Assembly (NCBI GenBank): GCA_963422205.2
Contig: CAXMWX010000003.1
Location: forward strand, 96,001 to 160,000
Source of the DNA: Gammaproteobacteria bacterium
Lineage (GTDB): Bacteria; Pseudomonadota; Gammaproteobacteria; Eutrophobiales; Eutrophobiaceae
Reading direction: 5' to 3'
Length of the DNA: 64,000 bases
Shown here: positions 30,701-40,696 of the stretch, in pieces
Position numbering within the stretch: the first letter of the stretch is position 1
Layout: each line of letters begins with the position of its first letter
The notes under the pieces: model-generated
Told to the model about the DNA's origin: nothing
Seen by the model: only the letters and a program-made list of their open reading frames with translations
Database searches by the model: none
Position numbers and translations under genes: made by a program

Positions 30701-31966
30701 ATGGTCAGGAAGATTCAGGCGATCAAAGGCATGCACGATGCCCTGCCCACGGAAACACCGCACTGGCAGGTGCTGGAGAGTACCATCCAATCCGTGCTGG
30801 AGGGATACGGCTATGCGGAGATTCGCCTGCCCATCCTGGAGCGAACCGAACTTTTCCAACGCGCTATCGGCGATGGCACGGATATCGTCAACAAAGAAAT
30901 GTATACTTTCAGCGATCGCCATGCCGAACACCTGACCCTGCGCCCCGAAGGCACGGCAGGCTGTGTGCGGGCGGTGCTGGAGCACGGCCTGCTGGCAAAA
31001 GGCGTCTTGCGTAGTTGGTATCGCGGCCCCATGTTTCGTTATGAACGACCACAACAGGGCCGCTTTCGCCAGTTCCATCAGGCGGGTGCGGAAGTCTTCG
31101 GGATTGCAACAGCAGACATTGATGCTGAGTTGATCCTGATTTGTAAACGACTCTGGCAGGCATTAGGCATAGCCGATGTCCGGCTGGAATTAAACACGCT
31201 GGGCACAGCCGCCTGCCGGCAACATTATCGCCACACGCTGGTTGAGTATTTTCGCTCCCATCATCAGCGGCTTGATGCGGACAGTCAGCACCGCCTTGAG
31301 GTGAATCCGTTACGCCTGCTGGACAGCAAGGACCCGGCGCTGCAACCGATAATCCGAACGGCACCGGTACTGACCGACTACCTGGATGCTGAATCACAGC
31401 AACACTTTGAAACCCTGCAAGCGCTGTTGCAGGCGGCTGGTGTGACCGTCACGCTCAACCCGCACCTGGTACGGGGGCTGGATTATTACAATCACACGGT
31501 GTTTGAATGGGTGACTGATCAGCTGGGCGCACAGGGGACGATTTGTGCCGGTGGCCGTTATGACGGTCTGGTAGAGCAGATTGGCGGTAAACCCACTCCT
31601 GCCACGGGTTTTGCGATGGGGCTGGAGCGTCTGCTGGCACTGATGCCCACGGACACCCGTCAGAGCAGACCGGTGGTTGATATTTACCTGGTTGCCGTTG
31701 GTGCCGCCGCCAGACAATGCGGGTTGCAACTCGCCGAGCAGTTACGCAATCAGTATCAGCAGCGCTGCATCATCGTCCATTGTGGCGATGGCAGTTTTAA
31801 GAGTCAGATGAGGCAGGCGGACAAGTCCGGCGCCCGCCTGGCGTTGGTGCTGGGAGAGCAGGAAGTAGCCGATAACACCATAGGGATTAAGTCGCTACGC
31901 ACCGGCCAGGCACAGTTTACGCTCGCCCAGTCCAACCTGCCAGAGCAGCTCGGCGAGTATCTCTGA
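30701..31966 (+). CDS. hisS: Histidyl-tRNA synthetase
   Basis: LRPEGTA, FRYERPQ.GR, VRGLDYY, GGRYDGL and GLERL motifs. Confidence 0.98.
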   Translation: MVRKIQAIKGMHDALPTETPHWQVLESTIQSVLEGYGYAEIRLPILERTELFQRAIGDGTDIVNKEMYTFSDRHAEHLTLRPEGTAGCVRAVLEHGLLAKGVLRSWYRGPMFRYERPQQGRFRQFHQAGAEVFGIATADIDAELILICKRLWQALGIADVRLELNTLGTAACRQHYRHTLVEYFRSHHQRLDADSQHRLEVNPLRLLDSKDPALQPIIRTAPVLTDYLDAESQQHFETLQALLQAAGVTVTLNPHLVRGLDYYNHTVFEWVTDQLGAQGTICAGGRYDGLVEQIGGKPTPATGFAMGLERLLALMPTDTRQSRPVVDIYLVAVGAAARQCGLQLAEQLRNQYQQRCIIVHCGDGSFKSQMRQADKSGARLALVLGEQEVADNTIGIKSLRTGQAQFTLAQSNLPEQLGEYL

Positions 31967-32066
31967 AATCGGCGCTGCCGCGCATGGAAAACTCACGTAT
32001 AATGGACGGGCATCATCAGTATCAATGCACGGCCCCACACAAAAGTACATGCCCTGGAGGCAGCCC

Positions 32067-32720
32067 TTGGACATCTACACCACAGAAGAGCAGCAAATAG
32101 AGGCCATTAAAAAATGGTGGCAGGAGAACGCCATCGCCGTTGTCTTCGGCATCGCCCTGGGGCTGTGCGGCATCTTTGGCTGGCGGCACTGGCAGAATGT
32201 GCAACAGCAGCAGGCCGAGGCGGCGTCCAGCATCTATCAGCAAACCCTCGTTGCTGTCAGGGAGAGACAATACGATGCGGCTGAACAGTCGGCCCGGCAG
32301 ATATTGACAGAATACCCCGGCACGCATTATGCGGTGTTCAGTCAGTTGCTGCTGGCAAAGATCGCCGTGGATGAGGATAAGCTGGATGAGGCCAGCGCAC
32401 ACCTTAAAGCGGCACTGAAACAAAATAAAGACGAGGAACTGGCGCATCTGCTGCGTATCCGCCTTGCCCGTGTTCTGCTCAGTCAGCAAAAAACAGAGGC
32501 CGCCGCCACACTGATCGAGGCGGGGGCTGAAACACCGGGAGACTTTGCTGCCAGCTATGCGGAGTTGGCCGGCGATATCAAGCAACAGCAAGGCAATCTC
32601 ATCGCCGCACGCACCGCCTATCAGGAGGCGATGATCAAGGCACGTGCCAGCGAGCGCGACAGCACGGCGATTGAAATCAAACTGAACGACATCGGCCAGT
32701 CAACACCCCCTGACCAGTAA
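32067..32720 (+). CDS. yfgM: YfgM family TPR membrane chaperone
   Basis: TTG start after GGAGG; EEQQIEAIKKWW motif; one TM; position after hisS. Confidence 0.9.
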   Translation: MDIYTTEEQQIEAIKKWWQENAIAVVFGIALGLCGIFGWRHWQNVQQQQAEAASSIYQQTLVAVRERQYDAAEQSARQILTEYPGTHYAVFSQLLLAKIAVDEDKLDEASAHLKAALKQNKDEELAHLLRIRLARVLLSQQKTEAAATLIEAGAETPGDFAASYAELAGDIKQQQGNLIAARTAYQEAMIKARASERDSTAIEIKLNDIGQSTPPDQ

Positions 32721-32948
32721 CCCATCAAGGCACGATCATCAACAATGCATGACAAGCAGGCACGAGCCATGGGGGTTGCCGAGGCACTGGTCAGCGACTA
32801 CTGTCACTCAGACTGTCCCGATATAAAAAAGCGGACAGTAATTTAGATAACATTTGCATGTGCGTGCTTCTGCAATTCACATTTTTGAAGCGTATAAATT
32901 AATTTAAGGTGCTCGCAGCAAGGTTTCATTATTTACTGAGAAGTACCA

Positions 32949-33245
32949 TCAGATGACCTTGTTACATCTTGTTACATAATGGGCGCCTAGTACCAAGGTA
33001 ACGATAGGCGGGATGAAGCTCTTGCAAAATTCAAATACTTCCTCCGCCGCTGCCGCTCTTTCCGTGGAGTTTGCATAACCTATATAAGTCCAACCACTGG
33101 CAACCAGCAGGATGGCAGCACCGCCAAGCACCCAGTATGTCATTTTTATCTGAGCTTTTTGGCGCCCTGTCAAGTCTTCCGTGCCAGAAGCAAAACCGTC
33201 AGGTATGTTTGAAAGTTTTACAGTCTCGTTTTCCTTAGCGTTCAT
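32949..33245 (-). CDS. Small two-TM hypothetical protein
   Basis: 98 aa, RBS GGAAGG, two hydrophobic segments; low-GC insertion. Confidence 0.65.
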   Translation of the reverse strand: MNAKENETVKLSNIPDGFASGTEDLTGRQKAQIKMTYWVLGGAAILLVASGWTYIGYANSTERAAAAEEVFEFCKSFIPPIVTLVLGAHYVTRCNKVI

Positions 33246-33263
33246 GGGGTTGCCTTCCCGGGC

Positions 33264-33473
33264 CTAGTACATAAGTATCCTTTGTTCGGCGCCATCTTGC
33301 CCATCATCCCTGATAATTAAATGCTTGTTTTCTTGCTCTGCTCTGGACGTTAAGTCTAACAAATATAAGGCTTTTCTCAGCACCTCTGTTCGCGATGAAG
33401 ACCGGCTTCTTTCTTTTAAGCTATCTATCAAGCGAGTAGTCTCCTCATCGAATCTGAAGCTGGTGGCTTGCAT
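33264..33473 (-). CDS. CopG/ribbon-helix-helix DNA-binding protein
   Basis: N-terminal TSFRF strand, helix, SRTEVLRKAL helix; RBS GAGG. Confidence 0.72.
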   Translation of the reverse strand: MQATSFRFDEETTRLIDSLKERSRSSSRTEVLRKALYLLDLTSRAEQENKHLIIRDDGQDGAEQRILMY

Positions 33474-33737
33474 GACAATCCTCGGTAAAGTTAAGTGTAT
33501 TTATATAGTATATACATTATAGCGAATTAATCAATACGATAATGCTACGGGAAAACAGTAGCCAGGTGGTATCAGCAGACGTCAGAGCAAGGCCATGCAG
33601 GCGCGCCCAAAACAGCCTGAATGAGATTATGCGCCAGGGGCGAATCGTCGCCCTGTGTTCGTTATCTTAAAACCAGCGCGGCCAGCATTGCACTAGGCTA
33701 TTGGCCGATTAGCCGGCTTTCCTGTTATAGTAAGCGC

Positions 33738-34112
33738 ATGAGAAAACATATCTCCCGCCTCTGCATCAAGGTGCAGTCATGGTTCTATTCCTTGTTTATG
33801 ACTGCGGATATTGCGGATATTCATCAAGGCTTGACCGCTTATGAAGGCGGCGATTTCGCCACCGCCCTGCGTAAGTTTCAACCCCTGGCCGATGCGGGAG
33901 ATGCAGACGCGCAATTCGGTCTGGGCCTGATGTGCGCCAAGAGCGAAGGCGTACCACAAAATGATATTCAGGCCCATCTGTGGGCTAATTTGGCCGCAGA
34001 CAAGGGGCACGAGGGGGCGGCGAAGCTGCGGGATATCGCTGCAAAAGCGATGAGCACCGTCAATGTTGCCGAGGCGCAGCAATGCCAGGCCAGCGGCTAT
34101 GCCAACTGTTAG
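33738..34112 (+). CDS. Short Sel1-like repeat protein, possibly eroded
   Basis: GL.AY..GDFATAL..FQPLADAGDADAQF.LG.M...EGVPQN..AH.W.NLAA. Confidence 0.75.
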   Translation: MRKHISRLCIKVQSWFYSLFMTADIADIHQGLTAYEGGDFATALRKFQPLADAGDADAQFGLGLMCAKSEGVPQNDIQAHLWANLAADKGHEGAAKLRDIAAKAMSTVNVAEAQQCQASGYANC

Positions 34113-34140
34113 CCGAAACTGCCTGATGCGATAACCCCAA

Positions 34141-35358
34141 ATGCGCTGTTTTACTCTCCTCGGTTTGTTGGTCAGCCTGTCGATAGCCGGCTGCGGGATC
34201 ACTGAAAAAGTCACCGGGGTCTTCAAGGGCGATTCCGATAATGCCATACCGCCCACCCCGCTGGTGGATGTCACGCCGCGGATCACGGTGATTGAACTGT
34301 GGGAGCGGGATACCGGCAGCGGCACTGACGAGCAATACTTAAAGCTGGCACCGGTAATCGCCGGGCAACGGCTGTTTATCGCCGACAGCAAGGGCCGCCT
34401 GCAATCGATGGATGCGGCCAATGGTCGCCTCGGCTGGTCGGTCAGGGCCAGGGCGACTGACACCATTGATGGCAAAGCGGGCTGGTTTTCCGGCAACAAG
34501 ATGCAGGTGACCGGCGGCCCGGGCTATGGTGAGAACACAGTATTCATCGGCACCGAGGAGGGTGATGTGATTGCCTTTGATGGCGATAACGGCGAGGAGT
34601 TGTGGCGCACCGTGGTCAGCAGCGAAGTCTTATCGGCGCCCAGCCGGGCCGATGGTGTGGTGGTGGTGCGAACGCTGGACGGCAAGATTTTCGGGCTGCA
34701 TGGCGATACCGGCCGGCGGCTTTGGATTTATGATCGCAGCGTCCCGGTGCTGACATTGCGCGGCACCAGCACGCCAGTCATCCATACCGGTGCTGTCATT
34801 GCCGGCTTTGATGGCGGCAAGCTGGCGGCGCTGGAACTTAAAACCGGCAAATTACTGTGGGAGGCCAGCATTGCCACAGCCCGCGGTGCCTCTGAACTCG
34901 AACGCATGGTCGACATTGACTCCAGACCTGCGGTTATTGACGGGGTGATTTATGTCTCGACCTTCCAGGGCTTTATCGCGGCCATACAATTTGAAACTGG
35001 CAGGATACTGTGGAGCCGCGATGTGCCTTCGCATACCGGCTTCGGTCTGGATGATGCCAATCTTTACATTACCGATGATGACAGCCACCTCTGGGCGCTG
35101 GATCGTTTCACCGGCGCCACGGTGTGGAAAAAAGAAGACCTGTATGCCCGGGCGGCCAGCGCACCGAGCAGCGTGGAAAATTATATCATCGTGGGTGATT
35201 TCGATGGCTACCTGCATTGGGTGGATAAACGCAGCGGCCGGTTTGCCGCACGCAACCGCCTGTGCAGTGAGCCAATCATCGCCACGCCGATGGTGGTCGG
35301 TCGGGTGGTCTACGGCTATTGCTCCGATGGCACCCTGGCCGCCTATACCTACAGATAA
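34141..35358 (+). CDS. bamB: Outer membrane assembly lipoprotein BamB
   Basis: Lipobox IAGC, PQQ-like beta-propeller repeats, LTLRGTS.P and ELERMVDID motifs. Confidence 0.95.
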   Translation: MRCFTLLGLLVSLSIAGCGITEKVTGVFKGDSDNAIPPTPLVDVTPRITVIELWERDTGSGTDEQYLKLAPVIAGQRLFIADSKGRLQSMDAANGRLGWSVRARATDTIDGKAGWFSGNKMQVTGGPGYGENTVFIGTEEGDVIAFDGDNGEELWRTVVSSEVLSAPSRADGVVVVRTLDGKIFGLHGDTGRRLWIYDRSVPVLTLRGTSTPVIHTGAVIAGFDGGKLAALELKTGKLLWEASIATARGASELERMVDIDSRPAVIDGVIYVSTFQGFIAAIQFETGRILWSRDVPSHTGFGLDDANLYITDDDSHLWALDRFTGATVWKKEDLYARAASAPSSVENYIIVGDFDGYLHWVDKRSGRFAARNRLCSEPIIATPMVVGRVVYGYCSDGTLAAYTYR

Positions 35359-35422
35359 GCCCGCCCCGGCGCTGGCATAAGCGCATATCCTTACAGTAAA
35401 CAGCATCAGCGCACTTATCAAC

Positions 35423-36820
35423 ATGCTGCCTGTCATCACCATCATTGGCCGCCCGAATGTCGGCAAGTCCACCTTGTTCAACCGCCTCACGCATCGCCGT
35501 GATGCCCTGGTTGCCAACCAGCCGGGGATAACCCGTGACCGTCACTATGCTTATGCCGAGCATCAGGGATGCGGGTTTATGCTGGTAGATACCGGCGGGG
35601 TCGGCGGCGTGGCGGAAACAGATGCGGCCATCGCCGAGTTGGTCACTCAGCAGACATGGCAGGCCGCCAATGAAGCGGATGCGATCATCTGGCTGCTGGA
35701 TGGGCGGGCGGGCATGACGGCGGCCGATGAGCGGCTGGCGGGGCGGTTGCGAATCATGCCGGTGCCTGTGCATGTCGTTGTCAATAAAACCGAAGGCATG
35801 GAGGCCAATCTGGCCGTGGCTGAATTTTATGCCAGCGGCGGCTTCAGTGAGCCGCAGCCCATATCCGCCGAGCGCGGCGATGGGGTAGATAAATTGATTA
35901 GCCACATCCTTGAACAACTGCCTGATCATGAACAGCAGATAACCCGCCAGCATGACGGCATCCGGCTCGCCGTGCTGGGTCGCCCCAATGTGGGCAAGTC
36001 TACCCTGGTTAATCGGATGCTGGGTGAGAACCGGATGCTGGCCTGTGATGCCCCCGGCACCACACGTGATGCTATCGCCACAGCGTTTCAACGACATGGC
36101 AGGGAATACGTGCTGATCGATACCGCCGGTATACGCCGGCGCAGCAAAATCGCTGGCGGCATTGAAAAATTCAGCGTGATAAAAAGCCTGCAAGCGATAG
36201 GGCCGGCCGAGATAATCATCCTGGTGTTAGATGCACAGGATGCCGTCACCGAGCAGGATCAACATCTGTCGGGCATCATCAAGGATTCCGGTAAATCACT
36301 GATCATTGCGATTAATAAATGGGATGGCCTTGAGCGTGAGCAAAAGCGAAAGATAAGGCAGCAGTTCGCCCGCAAGCTGCGCTTTCTGGAGTATGCCTGT
36401 ACCCATCATGTCTCGGCACGTAACGGCACCGGTGTGGGCGGCCTGTTCCGCCGTATTGATGAGATTATTAACGCTAAAAACCGGGCAGTGAACGCATCGC
36501 ATATCACCGGGCTGCTGTATGAATGCTTGCAGGCCAACCCGCCGCCGTTGCATCGTGGCCGACCGATCAAGCTGCGTTATGCCCATATCGGCGGCCATGA
36601 TCCGCTGCGTATCATCATTCATGGCAACCAGACCGAGCAGGTGCCGAGCAATTATCAACGCTATCTGGCAAGCCGGCTAAGAGAAAAATTAAGGCTGACA
36701 GGCACGCCGGTGTTGATTGAATTTAAGCACAGCACCAATCCGTATCAGGGCAAAAGAAATACACTCACGCCGAGGCAGATAAAACGGCGCCAGCGCATCA
36801 CGCGTCACCACAAAAAATAG
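35423..36820 (+). CDS. der: Ribosome biogenesis GTPase Der
   Basis: Two GRPNVGKST G1 motifs plus DTGG/DTAG and NKTE/NKWD. Confidence 0.98.
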   Translation: MLPVITIIGRPNVGKSTLFNRLTHRRDALVANQPGITRDRHYAYAEHQGCGFMLVDTGGVGGVAETDAAIAELVTQQTWQAANEADAIIWLLDGRAGMTAADERLAGRLRIMPVPVHVVVNKTEGMEANLAVAEFYASGGFSEPQPISAERGDGVDKLISHILEQLPDHEQQITRQHDGIRLAVLGRPNVGKSTLVNRMLGENRMLACDAPGTTRDAIATAFQRHGREYVLIDTAGIRRRSKIAGGIEKFSVIKSLQAIGPAEIIILVLDAQDAVTEQDQHLSGIIKDSGKSLIIAINKWDGLEREQKRKIRQQFARKLRFLEYACTHHVSARNGTGVGGLFRRIDEIINAKNRAVNASHITGLLYECLQANPPPLHRGRPIKLRYAHIGGHDPLRIIIHGNQTEQVPSNYQRYLASRLREKLRLTGTPVLIEFKHSTNPYQGKRNTLTPRQIKRRQRITRHHKK

Positions 36821-36863
36821 CACCACCCAAGGATATCCAAAAACCGGGATACTCAAAAACCGG

Positions 36864-37427
36864 CTATGAGCCCGGCTCCTGCAACAGCGCCTTGATCATG
36901 GCTTCAATCCTGAGCGCCTGCTCATCGCCCTCATGTGTCTCGCCCACAAACAGCGCCCGCACCTCGCCTTTTTTATCCAGCAGATAAAACGCCGGCCAGT
37001 AGCGATTACCCATGGCACGCCAGTAGGAGAAATCATTGTCGATCATCACCGGATGCTGCAAGCCAAACTCCACCACCTTGGCGGTGATATTTTTCCGTAT
37101 CTTCTCATGGGCAAATTCCGGTGTGTGTACGCCGATGATCTGAAAGTCCTCCCCGCTGAGCCGATCTTCCATGGCCTTCATCCAGGGAAAAGAGCGGTAG
37201 CAATTCCAGCAATCAAAGGTCCAGAAATCGATCAATACCACCTTGCCTTTCAGATCAGCCAACGTCAGCGGGGCAGAATTAATCCATTCCTCTTCCAGGG
37301 CATGGGTGAACTCCGGTGCGGCTATGCCACGGCTTAACGTATTGCCCGCCACTGGCTGAAAAACAACAACAGCAAGAGCGGCAGCCAGCCCCAGTACAAC
37401 AAGATTAAATGCAAGATGTTTCGACAT
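36864..37427 (-). CDS. Exported TlpA/DipZ-like thioredoxin (redoxin domain)
   Basis: DFWTFDCWNC, GVHTPEF and YWPAFYL motifs; signal peptide. Confidence 0.88.
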   Translation of the reverse strand: MSKHLAFNLVVLGLAAALAVVVFQPVAGNTLSRGIAAPEFTHALEEEWINSAPLTLADLKGKVVLIDFWTFDCWNCYRSFPWMKAMEDRLSGEDFQIIGVHTPEFAHEKIRKNITAKVVEFGLQHPVMIDNDFSYWRAMGNRYWPAFYLLDKKGEVRALFVGETHEGDEQALRIEAMIKALLQEPGS

Positions 37428-37541
37428 GACCGCCCTCCTGATTTCCCCCTGCTTGACTTCTCCCTTACCCGTTTCCATACAGACCGCACCAGGCGATAAA
37501 TGTTCACCAGGCCGGGGCGCTTAGGGGTATACTGCCCAGCC

Positions 37542-38072
37542 ATGACACTGCGCCGCTTTAACAACATCAGCCCGAACATCGCCGCTTCCGCCTGGGTGGA
37601 TGAGACAGCATTGCTTATCGGTGATGTCAGCCTGGATGAGGACGCCTCGGTCTGGCCGATGTCAGTTATTCGTGCTGATGTGAATAGCATCACGATTGGC
37701 AAGCGCAGCAACATCCAGGATGGCTGCATTTTGCATGTCAATCATGAATCACCCTACAACACCGGTTCAAAGCTGATTATTGGTGATGAGGTCACCATCG
37801 GACACCGGGTTACCCTGCATGGCTGCCGCATTGAAGATACCTGTCTGATCGGCATGGCAGCGGTTATCATGGATGATGTGGTGGTGGGTACAGGGTGTGT
37901 TATCGGTGCGGGCGCCTTGATCCCGCCCGGCAAGCGGCTGGAGCCGGGCTGTCTGTATGTCGGCTCGCCGGCCCGGCGAGTGCGTAAACTGGAGGCTGAC
38001 ATATTGCAGCAAATCAGGTATGCAGCACAACATTATGTACACAACAAAAACAGCCACAGTGGCACGGCTTGA
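37542..38072 (+). CDS. Gamma carbonic anhydrase family protein (YrdA-like)
   Basis: RADVN.I.IG..SNIQD..LH and GH...LHGC hexapeptide repeats. Confidence 0.92.
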   Translation: MTLRRFNNISPNIAASAWVDETALLIGDVSLDEDASVWPMSVIRADVNSITIGKRSNIQDGCILHVNHESPYNTGSKLIIGDEVTIGHRVTLHGCRIEDTCLIGMAAVIMDDVVVGTGCVIGAGALIPPGKRLEPGCLYVGSPARRVRKLEADILQQIRYAAQHYVHNKNSHSGTA

Positions 38073-38076
38073 TCAG

Positions 38077-39972
38077 ATGATTACACCTCATCACACCTAC
38101 GAGGTCATCATTGTCGGCGGCGGTCATGCAGGCACCGAAGCCGCCCTGGCCGCCGCACGACTGGGCGCCAGGACGCTGTTGCTGACGCATAATATCGATA
38201 CCCTGGGGCAGATGTCCTGTAATCCGGCGATTGGTGGCATAGGCAAGGGGCATTTGGTAAAAGAGATCGATGCCCTCGGCGGCCTGATGGCGCTGGCGGC
38301 CGATGGCAGCGGCATTCAGTTTCGGATCCTGAATGCCCGCAAAGGCCCGGCCGTGCGTGCCACGAGGGCGCAGATCGATCGTGCTTTATACAAGACCATG
38401 GTCAGGGCGATGCTGGAACGGGCGGAGAACCTCTCTGTCTTCCAACAGGCGGTGACTGATCTGATAGTGGCAGGGGAGCAGATCAGCGGGGTGGTGACCG
38501 AGGCCGGGTTGGAGTTTCATGCCCCTTGTGTGGTGTTGACCGTGGGTACATTTCTTGGCGGCAAAATTCATATCGGCGAGACCCGGCAGCACGGCGGACG
38601 TGCCGGTGATCCGCCTGCAACAGCACTGGCACAGCGTCTGCGCGCCCTGCCGTTTCGGGTGGCACGCCTGAAGACCGGCACACCACCACGCATTGATGGC
38701 AAAACCATCGACTACAGCCGGTTGACACCACAGCCCGGTGATGAACCGCTGCCGGTGTTTTCTTATCTGGGCAAGGCCAGTTCACACCCGGAGCAACTGC
38801 CCTGTCATATTACCCACACCAACGAGCACACCCATGCCATCATCCGTGCAGCGCTGGATCGATCGCCGCTGTATAACGGTGACATACAGGGCATCGGCCC
38901 GCGCTATTGTCCCTCCATTGAAGATAAGGTAGTGCGTTTTGCTGACAAGCCCTCACACCAGATATTCATTGAGCCGGAAGGCTTGAACACCACCGAGGTG
39001 TATCCCAACGGCATCTCCACCAGCCTGCCCTATGAGGTGCAGTGCGAGCTGGTGCGCTCCATTCACGGGCTTGAATATGCCCACCTGACCCGTCCGGGTT
39101 ACGCCATTGAATATGATTTTTTTGATCCGCGCGATTTGCGGCCCTGGCTGGAGACAAAATTTATTGAGGGGTTGTTCTTTGCCGGCCAGATCAACGGCAC
39201 CACCGGTTATGAAGAGGCCGCCGCTCAAGGTCTCATCGCCGGCCTGAATGCCGCGTTAAAATTACAGGGCAAAACCCCGTGGAGTCCGCGGCGGGATCAA
39301 GCCTATATCGGCGTGCTGATCGATGATCTGATCACCCGCGGCACGACCGAGCCTTACCGCATGTTCACCAGCCGTGCCGAGCATCGCCTGCTCTTGCGAG
39401 AGGACAATGCCGATCTGCGCCTGACTGCCATCGCCCATAAAATGGGGTTGATCAGTGAGGAGCGATGGCGGCGCTTCAGCGACAAGCACGAGGCGATTGA
39501 ACGCGGGCAGCGGTGGCTGGAATCGACCTGGGTCACGCCGGAAAACCTGACGGACGAAGCGGCAGAGCAGCTATCAGGCCAGCCCTTGACCAAGGCCAGC
39601 AGCTTGCAGCAACTGCTGCGGCGGCCTGAGATAAGTTTCCACGACTTATCCAGGTTGCCGGGGGTTGATGCTGGTGCGATCACACAAGAGGTTGCCGAGC
39701 AGTTGGAGATTCAGGCCAAATATCATGGCTATATCGCACGCCAGCAGGCTGACATCGCCCGCATTCAGCGTGATGAGGGCCGCCACCTGCCGAGTGATCT
39801 GGATTATTCAGCCATCACCGGGCTGTCAACCGAAGCGGCAGAAAAACTGAACGCACACCAACCGGTGACCTTGGGCCAGGCGGCGCGTCTGCCCGGGATC
39901 ACGCCAGCGGCCATTTCGCTATTGCGGATCCATTTGAAGAGACATGCCCGACAGCGCCGCAAGAGTGCCTGA
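38077..39972 (+). CDS. mnmG: tRNA uridine 5-carboxymethylaminomethyl modification enzyme
   Basis: [38 protein letters not shown] and [12 protein letters not shown] motifs. Confidence 0.98.
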   Translation: MITPHHTYEVIIVGGGHAGTEAALAAARLGARTLLLTHNIDTLGQMSCNPAIGGIGKGHLVKEIDALGGLMALAADGSGIQFRILNARKGPAVRATRAQIDRALYKTMVRAMLERAENLSVFQQAVTDLIVAGEQISGVVTEAGLEFHAPCVVLTVGTFLGGKIHIGETRQHGGRAGDPPATALAQRLRALPFRVARLKTGTPPRIDGKTIDYSRLTPQPGDEPLPVFSYLGKASSHPEQLPCHITHTNEHTHAIIRAALDRSPLYNGDIQGIGPRYCPSIEDKVVRFADKPSHQIFIEPEGLNTTEVYPNGISTSLPYEVQCELVRSIHGLEYAHLTRPGYAIEYDFFDPRDLRPWLETKFIEGLFFAGQINGTTGYEEAAAQGLIAGLNAALKLQGKTPWSPRRDQAYIGVLIDDLITRGTTEPYRMFTSRAEHRLLLREDNADLRLTAIAHKMGLISEERWRRFSDKHEAIERGQRWLESTWVTPENLTDEAAEQLSGQPLTKASSLQQLLRRPEISFHDLSRLPGVDAGAITQEVAEQLEIQAKYHGYIARQQADIARIQRDEGRHLPSDLDYSAITGLSTEAAEKLNAHQPVTLGQAARLPGITPAAISLLRIHLKRHARQRRKSA

Positions 39973-40624
39973 AAAACGGTTTGGGCAACTCAACGATAGC
40001 CTCATTAAACAGCGGTTAAGCAACGGTGTGCAGGAGCTGGGGCTGAACCTGCCGGCTCCGGTCACAGACAGGCTGCTTGCCTATATTGCCTTGCTGCACC
40101 AATGGAATCGCCGCATTAATCTAACCGCCGTACGCACCCCGTTGGCGATGGTGGCCCGCCACATCCTCGACAGCCTGGCCGTATCGCCATTTATTAACGG
40201 CCAACGCTGTCTTGATGTCGGCTCCGGGGCGGGCCTGCCGGGCATGATCCTCGCTATCAGTCATCCAGAACAGCACTGGTATCTGCTCGATGGTAACGGC
40301 AAGAAGATACGATTTTTAACCCAGGCCGTGATCGAGCTACAGCTTGACAATGTGGAGGTGATCGAATCGCGGCTTGCAGCGTATCTCCCCTCTCAAGAGT
40401 TCAGCACGATCGTCTGCCGCGCCTATGCCCCGTTAGCCGATTATGTCACATCAGTCTCGCATTTGATGGCGGCGAACCCGCGTATTCTGGCGATGAAGGG
40501 CGCACTGCCGGATGAGGAGATACAGGCCCTCCGGGCAATACATCTCGACTATCACATACAGCCGCTCACGATACCGGGCATGGATGCGGCAAGGAACCTG
40601 GTGATGATTGATCCCGGCCAGTAG
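39944..40624 (+). CDS. rsmG: 16S rRNA m7G527 methyltransferase (exact start uncertain)
   Basis: WN..INLTA, HILDSL and [10 protein letters not shown] motifs; follows mnmG. Confidence 0.95.
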   Translation: MPDSAARVPEKRFGQLNDSLIKQRLSNGVQELGLNLPAPVTDRLLAYIALLHQWNRRINLTAVRTPLAMVARHILDSLAVSPFINGQRCLDVGSGAGLPGMILAISHPEQHWYLLDGNGKKIRFLTQAVIELQLDNVEVIESRLAAYLPSQEFSTIVCRAYAPLADYVTSVSHLMAANPRILAMKGALPDEEIQALRAIHLDYHIQPLTIPGMDAARNLVMIDPGQ

Positions 40625-40696
40625 GCCGCACGGCCCGCCGTTGCCAGCATCATAGCAAACGTGGTTTACGGCCAAACCGGGGCAAAATCCTGCTGG

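Noticed and set aside
36831-36863. 16-bp imperfect tandem repeat between der and the redoxin gene
   Set aside because: Two copies only, likely a slippage duplication; not CRISPR-like
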